A stretch of 62,578 nucleotides of DNA, filler included, from Choristocarpus tenellus KU-1152 (Eukaryota; Protista; Phaeophyceae): NCBI GenBank assembly GCA_964200185.2. It is 10 parts of 10 records of this genome, joined end to end, with 100 filler letters (N's around TTAATTAATTAA, not from the genome) between each part and the next. Parts side by side here need not be neighbours in the genome. Positions count along the whole stretch, not along the records: positions 10,215 to 15,322 come from CAXNAD020011842.1; positions 15,423 to 19,695 come from CAXNAD020015350.1; positions 19,796 to 22,553 come from CAXNAD020025000.1; positions 22,654 to 25,365 come from CAXNAD020025397.1; positions 25,466 to 34,758 come from CAXNAD020003810.1; 5 more parts are not named here. One strand, 5' to 3'. Shown here piece by piece: positions 13,201-25,899 of the stretch. Position numbers and translations under genes: made by a program. The first letter of the stretch is position 1. The number at the start of each line of letters is the position of its first letter. The notes below the pieces were generated by a model. That model was not told where the DNA came from and made no database searches. It saw only the letters and a program-made list of their open reading frames with translations.

Positions 13201-13999
13201 TATTGTATATTGAACCAAATATACTTCCTACATCCATTTACACACAAACATGCCATTCTTGTTTTACTCAACTGGCACAAGCAACGAAGAGGTCTAATTG
13301 AAAGCTATCAAGGCAGAGAGATGAGACTGACGTTTTCCCCCTGATACGCCATACTGCTATTCATTATTACCATCGCAAGTGACTGGTACTGTGTCACCTG
13401 TGTGTGTAAATATAGATGCTAAGGTGTGCCGTAAAAGCACTACAAAGGTAAGTCTATCGAAGGCGAGTAGTGCACACAACTAAACAGAATGGTATTATTT
13501 GTATCACCAGTGTACCATATATATACATTGCAGAACAGCAACTCCAAATGAAAAATTGAACACCATCCATATTCCCAAACCTTCACCGAAAGAGTGAAGT
13601 ATGACCCCGACCCCCTTCTTCCTTCCCATTAGGAGCGGTAAATTTCAAATTGAACCACTAAAAAAGGTTGTGTTTGCCTCACCACCTTCACTATCACCTC
13701 AACATCATTATTACTTGTCGGAAGTTGTTGATCTCGGCAAAAAATCGTTGTTGATGGTATCACCTGTGTGTTCAAGTACCCAGGTATCTCGCCCGACCAT
13801 GCTGAAAGCTGTATCTTTTTTCTGAGGTGGCAAGGCAGTGTGGAAACTTCTCTCACAGGACACTTCCTAGTGGTAGTAGGGTGCTAAAACCACCGACTGA
13901 TAACACATCACAATTCAACAAGGCATACCACTCGGAAACAACTCCAAGCCTATTGGAGCAGTACACCCAAACAGCAACATACATACAAACCACACCAAT

Positions 14000-14550
14000 T
14001 TTGAACGAACATATAATCACCAGAGCTGACAGTGACATACATGATCACAACATCGTAACAGCTGTGACCATGTAATGAAGCAGCAGGACAGTGCTCGTCC
14101 CAAACATTTGCTGACAAGCCAACACTGACCCAGTAAAATGAAAAGCATGATCAGGGGCACTTGTACTGAGAGATGGTAAGACACAGTGGGGGATGAGAGG
14201 TACCCAAACACAGAGATGCTGGATAAGTTTTACCACTGAAGCAAACAGACAATGAAACAAAAGCCCAACCTGTTGTTGAGGGCAAGGTGTGCCTATGCCA
14301 GCACCACTGTAATTGTAGAAGAGGATATATTTTGTGCTGAAGTCGAGTTCAATGACGGGGGGGTAGTGTGTGGCTTTCTCACAAGTGTATCTATACATTG
14401 CCTTGCAGGGGTCATGTTTGTGAGGGGGGTGAAGGAGAGACCATGGTACAAATAGTGAAGGATTGCCCTCCATCGACACGAGATTGCCACTGTGTGCATG
14501 CCTTTTGTCATCAACTCTGTCACGCTTTAATCTCTTTCTGTAGTGGGTTG
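14000..14550 (-). mobile_element. Possible Copia RNase H fossil
   Basis: Weak motifs RAILHYLYHG (like RVLRYLKG) and DVVIMYVTVSSGDYM (like I.YV.T..Q.AD.F). Confidence 0.25.
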
Positions 14551-15422
14551 GGATTTGTAGGTTTGTCCCAAGTCAGTGTTGTGTCCTGGTGAGAAGAAAT
14601 GGCATGGAGAGGCAGATACCCCCCCCCCCCAAGATTTTTTACAGTCTCTTCTCTTGCACACGTGTACGCAATAGACCCCACAAACACAGATCGAGACAGG
14701 TTAAAAACACAAATTTATACTTCAACTTCAAGACAATGAACAATTTAAAAATAATTTACACTTCAACTTTAAGACACAGTTTTCGAGGTGGCGACACCCC
14801 TCCCCCATGTCCCAACGGTTATGACCTCGACCTGACAGAAGCAACCACTCAAATGTCATGACCTCAAATGCGATTCCCAGCCATGAGCAGAGATAGGTTT
14901 ACACCATGTTCGCACATCCCTTTCAGAACACTGCTCACCCGCAGCCAGCTAAAAGCAGTCTAGACGCTGCTGGTGTCACCCTGTCTATCGATCATTTCTC
15001 CCCCCAAACGGATAACAACATTCCTCTTCCCAGCAACGGTGCTAACAGCCCTTGTGACCACCCTTGACTTGCCACTGCTGCCAACGGCTCTTAGATCACC
15101 CTCTCGAACGACGATATTTGAGTAGCTCCCCCTTTCATACCTTTCCAGCAATCCTGCAGTGGCATCATGGTGATCTTCCCCTAAGAGGTGATCCTCCTCA
15201 AGAAGCGCTGACAATTCCCCATATTCAGCCATGTCCAGTGGGTCCCCTCCTATCCTCCCCCCCCCATTCCCCCCTGATGCAAGTCCCTCCCATTCGTTTT
15301 AGCCCTAAAAACTACCAGGTGTNNNNNNNNNNNNNNNNNNNNNNNNNNNNNNNNNNNNNNNNNNNNTTAATTAATTAANNNNNNNNNNNNNNNNNNNNNN
15401 NNNNNNNNNNNNNNNNNNNNNN

Positions 15423-15522
15423 TCGCCAACCAAACCACCCCAAAACCGCCACATGAAAAATGGACCCAAATGGCCCCCCCCCCCCCCCCCCCCCCCTCCC
15501 CCCCTCCAGATACTTTGACCCA
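15423..15522 (+). mobile_element. MITE family B, partial copy at contig start
   Basis: ..ATGGACCCAAATGG-polyC-AGATACTTTGACCCA aligns with the right end of the complete copy at 33799-33994. Confidence 0.75.
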
Positions 15523-17379
15523 AAATGCAGTAACCTACTCAACAACACAAGTATTAAAGAGGTACAGTAAGTTTCTAAGTGCGTGTAGTTCCTGGGCGTA
15601 TTGTGTTGGGTAGGAGTTGATAAAGGTATCAATTCAAAATTACAAACCTATCCTTTAACTTCAACTCTCTTTCCCTTACTCCTACTTCTGTGTGTTGGTG
15701 TCTGATTTGGCGTCCTTTGGAGATAATAACTCAGTCTTGTGTGGGTTAATCGTGTCTAGTTTTTTGTTCTTCGTGTTCTACGTACTACAATAGTTACGCC
15801 CCAAAATTTCCAGTTCATTCCATTTTTCCTCTAATATTGTGTCATAATCAATCAATCGATCTACGATTGATGATTTGGTTTGTGTTCGGATATATCGTGC
15901 GTCTAGAAACTGGACGCAAGAACAAGAAACCGATCTCCATACTACCTCCATTCTGTTTCACAATGGTATTTCTCTGTCTTTGCAAGTACCGGTCAAGACA
16001 CTAACCACTTCTGAGCACAACCCCCATACTCACATCTTCACTACCAGGACGCCCTCAGGTAAGTAGGGTAGTCTCTAATCTAGAGCTTCATCCCAGGATC
16101 TTTGTTTTTTTGGAGTGGTGGAATAGGGTGAGTGAATCCAATAGTCAACAAACTCTTCGACCAGGCACGGACACATCATCATACTTCATATAGCTCAGTA
16201 TGATAAAACCACAGTATCCCATATTTTCCAGTATATAAGATGCGTATGCGTTCATTTTTAGGGAAGAAGACAAGAAACCTTGAGTCGAAGATGTGGGGGA
16301 TAAATCGAAAGTTTTGTTCTTCACTTATATTCGGATTTAACCTTAAGTCTGTACAAGGAAGGCGGGATAAAGATGGTGTGTTTTTTTGTTGAAGGGGTTG
16401 ACCAAAGAAACACAAATCTCTGCGTATTTGGGAGATATGGATAGGAATAACTACTATGGGGAGGTTGGGGTTGTCCATGGCTTAATTGAGCCGTTGCTAG
16501 GGTGGAATTTTTCATACAGATGATCCAGTTTGCGCCACAGCCAAGTGCTCCTACGACTCCAGTGGTGATCATTTTCCTCTCACTCCGCCCTTTTTGATAG
16601 GTAAGACTTGCTGAAATATTAACACTCGCGGATAACCTTTTTGTATCCTACAAATAATGTGAATTGTGAAGTTTGTCCAAGATGTTGGTAATATTTTCAA
16701 TCTTCCCATGGTTGAGACTCTGCCAGAAGCTTGATTAACCGCATCCCCGCAAGCGTGGCCGAATGGTGCCATAACAATAATATAGAACTGCCTCTGTATA
16801 CACGCGATCAGCCAAAAGCGTAGGAGTGTTTCTGACAGGAAATTGGTATCAGTTGTAGAATTACCATTTATTTCTTGGTTTACTTTCCCAAACTAATAAT
16901 GATGCATATTACAGAATGAGTGTTTATTTTGACTATCAAGAATTTGGACTGAAAACTCCCACGTCTTGGCAGGCATGACGTCAATAGCCTTGTCGATATG
17001 GCTGTTCTTTTCGTGCCTGAGTTAGTTGGAGCGTGTCCATTGAGAGGATATGGATACAAGACTGTTGAAACAGGTTTGTGAAAGTTGTCCAATATGGTTA
17101 ATACTACTACTACAGGTGGGTATTATTTCGCGCACCTTTCAATGGAAGTTAGAATGTACATATTTGTGTTGTTATTCTACTCATCCTTGTCCTTGAGCTG
17201 GATTGTGTTTGCTTCAGCAGACTGTTACAACATAGCAAATGACAGTACGAAGAAAAATAAAATAAAATGGTGAAGGTGTTTTTATCTTGTATGTTGTTCA
17301 AACCATGAGATTGTATCTGAGGTATAACCCTTTACTCTAAACATTCGAGAGTACAAACCTAGTAAATAGCAAGCGATGG

Positions 17380-17725
17380 CCTGTTCAAATACACTGCCAA
17401 GGAAAAACCGTCAGAAGCATCATCAGCCTTCATCTCGTCCAGCCTAAGTCAGACAATGAAAGCTCGGGTGATGAGGATGACGATGGCTTTATGGGAGGGG
17501 GCAGCGAATCGGGGGCCGTGAGAGGAAAGGAGCAGCCTCTTCGGTGTTCTCAATTCTCCGCCATCGTACTCTCAAGTAGCTGACAGGTTTGCAAGCTTAG
17601 AAAAAACCGTCAAAGAGTGCAGCATGAACGATATTTCGTACCATCTCTGGAAAGCAAAGCTGACTTGGCTCAGTGCAATCGGGGCAATGGCAATCAAACA
17701 AGCGGACAGTCGACATTTTTTTGGC
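17380..17725 (+). mobile_element. C-terminal fragment of pogo/Tigger (DDE_1, CENP-B-like) transposase, frameshifted
   Basis: Acidic linker (ESSGDEDDDG) followed by PPSYSQVADRFASLEKTVKECSMNDISYHLWKAKLTWLSAIGAMAIKQADSRHFF. This matches the PP.Y......F..LE..A..C......LRKAK.A.......RQ.D.R.FF tail typical of brown-algal pogo-like elements. Confidence 0.6.
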
Positions 17726-19059
17726 AGTCGCGATTTTTTTATCAGCGAATATGCTGTTTTACTCAGTGCGTGTGATGGGAAGTGCATGGCGGTGCAGCTA
17801 CATTTGATTCATGGTAGTGTTTTTGATACTGTACTGTATCATATCGTTGCAGAGTGTAATTGAATACGTAGGGCAGGGTATTGGAGGGAGATTGACTTTG
17901 AACGTTGATTTGATTTGAACTGTGAGTCGTCTGTCCAGCCAATGGCTTGCGGATGCTTTTCTTGGGAAGTTGTACTGTATATATCAGTGAATACACCGTA
18001 ATAATGAGTGAAATTCTACCCAACTTCCAGTACATACAGTATACTAATGACACTGGTATACTGCGGAGGGGTGTTGTAGATGTGGTGGTTGCTGCACCAC
18101 CACAGCTCCATCGAAATGGGCTCACTGAGGGCAATGTTCAATAAATATCTACATGTAACTACTCTTGAAGGCACATACAGCAAGGGCGTTGCTCTGTCGT
18201 CGTTCGGGGACAAGTATAAAGTGCCCACCACCACTTTTGTTCGATTTAAAATAGTTTTCTCTTATCACAATCCCTCGGTTTAAGAGAAACAAAATATCTT
18301 ATATACAATAAGAAAGGATCGGGATATAAGAGAGGGATTTTTTGCTTGCCCCTACCCTCTCTTATATAGGTACACCTAGTGTATAGGAATATCATTTTGT
18401 GAGGTGATCTTCTCTCGATCTCTTTGTGGTAGATATCTTTTTATACATAACTCTAAAAAAAAAATACTATGTATCTTTCCATCGTATGATACGATAGCTC
18501 AACCCGCCACTTCTCTGCTTTGACGAGGCTAAGGAATATGACCCTGGCCCTCTTTGCACGAAGAGCTTCGACATCCTCTTACACTCAAAGTCCTCTCCTC
18601 TTTCCCCGCACCACCGCCCAGCGTATTGAAAATTTCCTCGTGTACGTAGCAGTGGTGTCCCTGTACAATGTTCTTAACCTGCCCTGCCGGCCTTCATTTC
18701 TCTAAATCTGTGATCATGTATGACCTGCCCGAACTCGTATACTGGTGGGGAGAAGGGTGATGAGCGCCGATACCAATATGCCCGTGAGTTGAAGTAGAGT
18801 CTTGATCGTTTCCGATTGAGCTTGTTAAGGGTAGTTTTTGTTTTGTTCCGTTAGCGCCTAACTTTTATTTGGATTGTCTCCAACTCTTGTGTGTTCATGT
18901 GGTTTGGATCTGACGGCTTACGCCCTTTCACAGTGGTATTGGATCTATGTGAGGCAGTGAGATGTGTCAGTTCACATGAGATATGATACTTCAGGTTATT
19001 GTTTATCTCACTAAAGTAATATGTATCAAAGCCAATCAATGCAAGCACTGTCAAAACAT

Positions 19060-19300
19060 TACATTATATCCCACTCTTTTTGTTCCATTCGGACAAGTTT
19101 CCAAGCAGTTTGACAATGCATGCCTTCGACACCTTCCCCTATCAACGGCCACTTATTATTCTCTATTTCGTAACCAACACTCATCATAATAACCTTCCAG
19201 CATTCACAAAACCTAACACCATACTTCAACTCGTCCGCAACTCCGTTTGTACAACCTCTTCTTCGAACGTAATTGGCAACGAGCTCTAACCATGTCGTAA
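19060..19300 (-). mobile_element. LINE reverse-transcriptase fossil
   Basis: VL*MLEGYYDECWLRNRE**VAVDRGRCRRHALS resembles the RT motif MI..MY......V......F.V.RGVRQG..LSP. Confidence 0.4.
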
Positions 19301-19513
19301 ACCCGGAACTCCAGCTAAATAATTGGAATCGCCTTCCTAACCCTAAGGTCAAAAAGCAATCACATCACGTACATACACCAACCTTGCTACCAAACCACTA
19401 CTAGATAATACGTCAACATGTCTTCTCACCAAATCCACTCTTTACCACAACGTGGACATGGGTCGATTTCTACCCTAATCCTAAGCGCGATTCCTATCCC
19501 TAACCTCTAACTT

Positions 19514-19664
19514 TGGCTCCAAGTACCCGGGAGAGGGGTGGCGGCTGTCCATTTGGGGTCATTTTTTTCATATCGCGATTTTTGGGTGATTTGGCTGCAT
19601 ACATGGATGAATAATGAAAATGCACTTTTCCCGATTTTGTCCCAAATGGACACCCTTGTGTAGG

Positions 19665-19695
<31 letters not shown>
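19514..19695 (-). mobile_element. MITE family B, partial copy at contig end
   Basis: TGGCTCCAAGTACC..GGCGGCTGTCCATTTGGGGTCA..TCGCGATTTTTGGGTGA..CCCAAATGGACACCC-polyC; colinear with 34593-34758. Confidence 0.85.
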
Positions 19696-19795
19696 NNNNN
19701 NNNNNNNNNNNNNNNNNNNNNNNNNNNNNNNNNNNNNNNTTAATTAATTAANNNNNNNNNNNNNNNNNNNNNNNNNNNNNNNNNNNNNNNNNNNN

Positions 19796-19869
19796 ATTTC
19801 ATCAAAATCTCAACATTGTATTTTGACCCTCAAATGGACGCGGCTCTACCCTCTAAGATACTTTGGCTC
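19796..19869 (+). mobile_element. MITE family A, right end (truncated by contig start), inserted into the transposase pseudogene
   Basis: CAAATGGACGCGGCTCTACCCTCTAAGATACTTTGGCTC matches the right ends of the copies at 41016-41273 and 56636-56904. Confidence 0.85.
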
Positions 19870-22449
19870 TTTAACTCGCTTCTGTTTCCCACCTCGCCCA
19901 GATCTATGACCAGCGTGCACCCAGCCTTCTACAAAACTACTTTTGCCATATCTCTCAAGGGTTAGGGTCGTGGCGTTGTCACGTGTGTGATCACTGGTCG
20001 GCCGAAGCCAGTGAATATCCACCCCACGCTCCGCGTCCTCGCCGACGCGCTCCGCTAGGATCTTGCCGACCAAGAGCGGCGCCTCCGTTCACAAAAAAGG
20101 CAAACCTGCCTTCCTGCACCGAGAACAGGTTTCCATGGTTCCCCGATGTCAACGTAGTACGAAGCCAACCCCGTCGACAGGAGCCAGGTTCTTCCTTGTC
20201 ACTGTCCGATGAGGAAGAGTGTGTTTCCTCAAGCCCGCTGAGATCATATTCACTATCAACGAGAGAGTATCCCCCCCACCCGAACGTTCGCCCTGGTCGT
20301 TGTCTTCGACGTCGCCGGTGCTAGTTCCAGCGCCATCGTCATCGGTGGGAAGCCAATGGACTGGGAGGTCGAAATCTCGTTCCCCTATCTGTTGGAGAAG
20401 TCGCACAGACTCGCTTAGCTCGTGTTTCGCTCTCTGAACGGCTTCATCGTCTACGAAGGTGGAATACATGAGCACGAGGACATCAACGGTATGGATGTAT
20501 GAATGTTACTTTGTTACCAGGCGTGAGGTTTCACGAATGCGCTCGGGGAGCATGCAGTGAGAGGGATGGTGTATATTTCGTCGGAATCGTCTCTGTTGAG
20601 TACAAGACCGATACCCTCAAAACATTTATGGGGAGTAATCTATGGTAATTTTTATTGTAACATGCGACGATCACTACACAAGATAATGCAATATTAAAAA
20701 AAAAATCTAAAGGCTGCAAATGCTGCCTCGTACAAAACTTGCACCTGATTTTTTTGGCTGCCACCGAATACCAAAATTAGCTATCAACTCCCCTCACGAA
20801 AATATCGACTTACCCAGTGGGTATGCAGCAGGGAGATGCTCGTGCAACGCCTGGTACCACTGCTCCACCTTCAGGATGACGTCTTTGGGAATGTTCTTGA
20901 GCTGGTAGGGTGGTGCATCTTGGATACGAGGCGGGTGGCCGATGAAGAGGTCGTGCGGAGGGGCGTCGGGGTCCATAGCAAGGTCTCCGCCTATCCCACT
21001 CCATTCGGTGTTGTGCATGTATCGCTTAACGCTAACCTTCACCCGCCCATCACCGCCTTTTTCAACGCGGAAAGCCTGTAGCTCATGATGTTGGGGACAC
21101 GGTTGATGCGACCGCGAAGGAGTCCCTTGAAATTGCCCTCGTTCCGCAGGGTCTTGTAGTGTATTGGAACCTCCGTGTAGGAGGCCTGCAGCTCTTCACC
21201 CAGCTGTGTTCTTGTGAATATGTTTTTGCCTTCTATTCCACGTGAGAACCTGAACGTGAAATGCAAGCAAGTTAATTTCGAGGCGGGGGCGAAAAAAGCG
21301 AAGTGGATAAGCAGGATATATATGCAGGCACATCCTCTGGTGCATGTATATGGAAAAATCAATATAAAATTTCGTGATGCGTACAATTTTTTTCATTGTT
21401 TTGTTTCGAGAGTATGTTACGAAACAGTTTAGGCAGCTGCTCTTGTAGGTAAATTTCGTTGTGGGGAAATCAAAAGCCATTCGATCAATTACAGCGTGCA
21501 ACCATAAACCTTCCAGGAATGCAACAAGCGTGGACTGCAAGACTCGAGGCTGTATCTGTCGATATAAGAACACTATGTGGCTATCGAACTAGCATATATA
21601 TATCTTGCCTAATTACCTGGAGAAGATCTGGTCGATTTTGATGTGCGTGTGCCCCACCATCATAAAATTTATCTCGACAACACGAATGACACTCGCCGCA
21701 ACCAACAGCCCCGCATATCCAAGAAAGAAATTGTTCTTGTTCTCTGAGACGCAGTTGTCGACCTGATCAGTTTGGGGAGTTGGGAGCGAGGGAGGGATGG
21801 GCGTGAGGCCAATATGTCAGCCCATTTCGCCGCGTTTCGTGGAGGAACAGGGTAGGTTTCCNNNNNNNNNNGCCATAATACATGCAGGTTGCAACACACA
21901 AACCAAAACTAAAGACCGTGCAGTTAGTTACTTGGTGACTGGTATTCAGCGAGTATGTGTTGAGTAGGTCGTGTCAGGGTGAAACCTTCTTACCTGCCAA
22001 TGCGCGTGCTGGATGATACAATTCCCCGAGTCATCGAGGCTGTTGCAGTACTTGTCGATAAGCCTTGTGAGGGCAAGGTGTGTGGCTGTGCAGACAAGGT
22101 TACAATCTGCGCGAACAATGATGTTAAACAACTGTTGGTAAAAAGTACTCTGCTCATTTACGCATTGTTTATTTGGAGCTAAAAAGAGGGGTAATGGAAT
22201 TTGTTTATGCAATGTAGAGGATACGGGTACATGTATGGCTGATGTACATGTCTGCGATCTCCACTACCCGTTGATTAGCTCTTATGCTACTCTACAGTAC
22301 GTACCTCCTCCAAGATTGATAGGAGTGAAGAACACCTCCGCAAACTGGCCTTCGACGTGTGCGGCCATGATCTTCTGTCGCTCGGAGTAGCCCCTGATAA
22401 GGGTGGACATGAACGAAAGGAACATGTAAAGAAAGGTCATCATGATGAA
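19870..22449 (-). pseudogene. Intron-containing Sola-like (DUF7869-type) DDE transposase, inactivated
   Basis: GT-AG exons 22449-22305, 22106-21994, 21762-21617, 21249-20814 and 20450-19870 splice in phase. Product: ..AAHVEGQFAEVFFTPINLGGDCNLVCTAT..HAHWQVDNCVSENKNNFFLGYAGLLV..VEINFMMVGHTHIKIDQIFSRFSRGI..NIMSYR/AFRVEKGGDGRVKVSVKRY.. The Q.DNC..ENKN and F..VGHTH..IDQ.FS motifs are characteristic of the family. Frameshifts near 21078, 20275 and 20095. The 5' part is off-contig. Confidence 0.85.
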
Positions 22450-23125
22450 CTGAATAGGTAGTGGAATTATGTGCGTTTGTTTTGGTGATTATTTCTTGGG
22501 ACTTTGCACTCATCCGTAGGATAAAACATGGTCGTCTATTCTGTTCCGCGTGCNNNNNNNNNNNNNNNNNNNNNNNNNNNNNNNNNNNNNNNNNNNNTTA
22601 ATTAATTAANNNNNNNNNNNNNNNNNNNNNNNNNNNNNNNNNNNNNNNNNNNNGGGTTGGGCGGATTTCTGTGGGTAGATGTTGGGAATGGGGGGGGGGG
22701 GGGGGGGGGGGGGGGGGCATGGCGTGCATTCCCCACACAGAGTAATAAAATATAGAAAAAAGTTCTGATTAACTTATGAAATATGCAATATGCTAATAGA
22801 TTACATGATGGTAGAGGGGGGCTGGCATCCCGATGCGGAGAATTGACATACACTACCGATAGATACTGGGAGATATAGATACCCTACTTTAATCTGAAGT
22901 TGTATAGAATGTCAGCCCTCAAAGTTGGCAAGTTCCACCACACACTGAAGAAATAGATGTACCAAGTACCAATAGATACCATTGAATTCAGTAAGCATCG
23001 GACTGGCTGGTACTGTGATATGTGAATCTTTCAACAATGAAGATTTAAGTTCTTTAAAGCAGACATTTCCAAGAACCATGCATAAAATGATGGATAGATT
23101 TTATATACAGGTATTATCCTCACAC

Positions 23126-24182
23126 CTTTTAGCAACATTGGCCACAACATCCTCTCGCCATCCAGACCCTGTGCTGGGGGCATTGCATCCCTTCCATCGC
23201 TGGTCAAACTCTCTTAAGGGTCGCAGGATGTTTGTCACAAATGGAGAGGGTCGCTCTGGGGGGGGCTTGTTGGTCATCCGATATGTAGCAGTTATGCCCT
23301 TGACTGCCTGATTGTTTTTGGAAAAATTTGGAACGGAAAGGGAGGGAATGAGAGACAGAGGACAGGCTCAAGATTATAAGCTGGTGTGATTTTTCGACAA
23401 TCATAATAGATCAAATTTTTTCAGCATTGAGAATGTATTTCGATTTAAAACTTGGAAGGCATGATCCCGTGAAATCTGGCAGACTATATACACACACTTA
23501 CACACACTTGGCATCATTCTGGCTACTATTTTCACGGAAGGATGGCATCGATGGTGTAGTTGTTAGGACACACAAACCCTGATGTAGACCAAATATTTGC
23601 TGTCTAAGTTTACTCTTGTTCAGATGAGGGGAGTCCTTAACTTACCATACCCACCACTTACGCAGTATTCAAAGTACAAATGGACCAAACAAGCAGCCGG
23701 TCCCAACGATACCAGTCTTGACTACAGCATTTCTCCATATACAGCAGGGGCTGGAACAGCCCTCGACTGAGGATCATAGGCAACCAATTGAAACCAACAT
23801 CCAACAACCTCCAAGAGTCATTCTGCACCAACCTCATAACAAAGAAATGGTTACACTAACTCCCAGAGCAAACAGTGCAAACAGTCCCTCCTTTAACAAC
23901 AATCAAACAGTCACTAAACACACCTGAAGCATAGCACAGCACTGAGTAGTGACCTGCCCTGTGGCATGCCTCCAGAGGTTTCCCACCAATGGAACTAGAG
24001 GTGCTGACGCCTCCTCAATCACTAAACCCAACACCTCCTGAGATTTACTCAAATCATTCTCCTGCCTGGGTGACTTCCCCAACCCCACCCTCTCTAGAGG
24101 TACTGCCTCTTCACCCTCGGATCCACTGATTAGCCTTGTTGAGATAAGCCTCACAAAAGGACCCTTCAGGCACTCAAGGAGT
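23126..24182 (-). CDS. COG2: Conserved oligomeric Golgi complex subunit 2, two internal exons
   Basis: Exons 24182-23924 and 23307-23126 (GT-AG, phase 0) give ..QVTTQCCAMLQ|AVKGITATYRMTNKPPPERPSPFVTNILRPLREF. KGITATYRMTNKP....SP.V..ILRPL is the COG2 C-terminal signature. Confidence 0.87.
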
Positions 24183-24336
24183 CTTTTAGGTGTACAGGTA
24201 CAAGCATTTGCAAGTGGTGAGCTTGAGTATTCATAATAAAAGGTCATGGCAACAGAGGTGTGTGAAAGGAGTATGCTTGTTGGTTGTCGGAGAGGGGGGG
24301 GGGGGGGGGGGGGGGTTTTGGTTTGGGGGGGGGGGG

Positions 24337-24405
<69 letters not shown>

Positions 24406-25262
24406 ATTGAGTTCTTTTGGTGGGGGAGAGGATAGGGGAGGTGGTACAGTGAAGGAGGTGTTTTTGTAAGCATAGTTCCATGTAGAGTACAAAATGGGGT
24501 CATTACGGGGCCTGGGCTGGAGGGTTGATGGAAGTGTGTCTTCTCCTTATTACTTGAGTTTAAAGTATGATCACTGCATAGATGTTACCTGCCTTGTTAA
24601 AGGACAAATACAGCCCAAAAAGCATATTTCACAACTACCAGACCAATACCATCAAAGCCAAGCATAACATACAGTTATTTCTCCCTGGACCACGACAAAC
24701 CTTCCTCATTTCTCACGGGTTTCAACACACATGGAAGGCTGGATATTGTCCATTGCGGACATTGCTCCTTCACTATGTACTGTCAGAAACTTAAAACTCT
24801 GACAGTGGCTTCCCTTGTTGGAACACAACATACGAAACCGCTCTAGACAGGGGTTGGGTCAACTCTGATCTTGGATAAGTTCTACCTTGTACAGGTGTGA
24901 CACTAACATATCAAACTTAAACAAATTAATCAGAAAGATTATACCTCACGCAGCATACATCTTTGGAAAAAAACTCACAGAAGTCTATATTTATACCCCC
25001 CTTACTATGCAGTCCCCACTGTTTCGGATTGAAGCAATAAACCTTTTTAATCAAATACTTCCCAAGTATCACCTAGCACCACAGTGTTGTCCAATGTGGA
25101 CTGCAATCAGGCATTACTAATCTATTACTTTATCAACATAAGCTTATACTTGGAACATGCCACACCAACCAAATAGGTTAAGGAACAATTTTGAATACCA
25201 GGCTCATCAAAGTGTCTGAGGAATTGAAGAATACTCTACATCCTTCTAAGCCATCGTTGTTA

Positions 25263-25365
25263 CAGCTCAAAGTATCTAAGGGGAGGGGGGGGGGGGGGGG
25301 GGGCTAAACCAGGGGGTGCCTTGGGCCCCGGGCCCGGGGAAGGGTATTTTTGTTGGCAGGTTAGA
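25263..25365 (+). mobile_element. MITE family B, left end at contig end
   Basis: TA|CAGCTCAAAGTATCT-polyG-..ACCAGGGGGTG aligns with the left end of 33799-33994. Confidence 0.7.
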
Positions 25366-25552
25366 NNNNNNNNNNNNNNNNNNNNNNNNNNNNNNNNNNN
25401 NNNNNNNNNTTAATTAATTAANNNNNNNNNNNNNNNNNNNNNNNNNNNNNNNNNNNNNNNNNNNNACAAAATTTTCCCTCCCCATCCTTTTTAGGGTGTT
25501 TCCTCCCTAAGATGTTTGTTTTTTTTTTTTTTTTTAAAAGATTTTTTCCCCC

Positions 25553-25584
<32 letters not shown>

Positions 25585-25899
25585 TACACCACTTCTCACT
25601 ATTGCCGACAGGTATGCTGACCCCTATGCCAAGGCTAGCTGGCGCACAGGAAGAGACGACCCCTAGCTTTTGAGGGTGTTTGGGGAGGGTTGGGGGGGGG
25701 GGGGGTGACATGAAAAGTTCTCTTCTGCTCCCTCACCCCAGTCCCAACCCTGCCTAGCTCCTTTCTCTGTGTCTGGTGCAGGAGTCGGAGACTTTTTGCA
25801 TCTTTTACTGAGGTGGTAGTTCCTCCAACAAAAACGCGGGGGCAGCATATTGCTGCAGGGCAGTGAGGGTAAGGAATCAAGACCTTCCTGCTTCCTTCA

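Noticed and set aside
13087-13344. MFWDIDEN resembling a NYN-domain start
   Set aside because: No further NYN motifs. It is antisense to the Copia integrase remnant.
16450-17050. piggyBac-like fragment (LLADRVYT..GTIR) on the minus strand
   Set aside because: Single weak motif amid stops; cannot be supported without a search.
18016-18234. hAT dimerisation-like motif (ELWWCSNHHIY)
   Set aside because: Too short, and the downstream SERxFS motif is absent.
24190-24503. Poly-Pro/poly-Gly ORFs
   Set aside because: They are translations of an intronic poly-G run of about 110 nt, possibly inflated by sequencing artefact.
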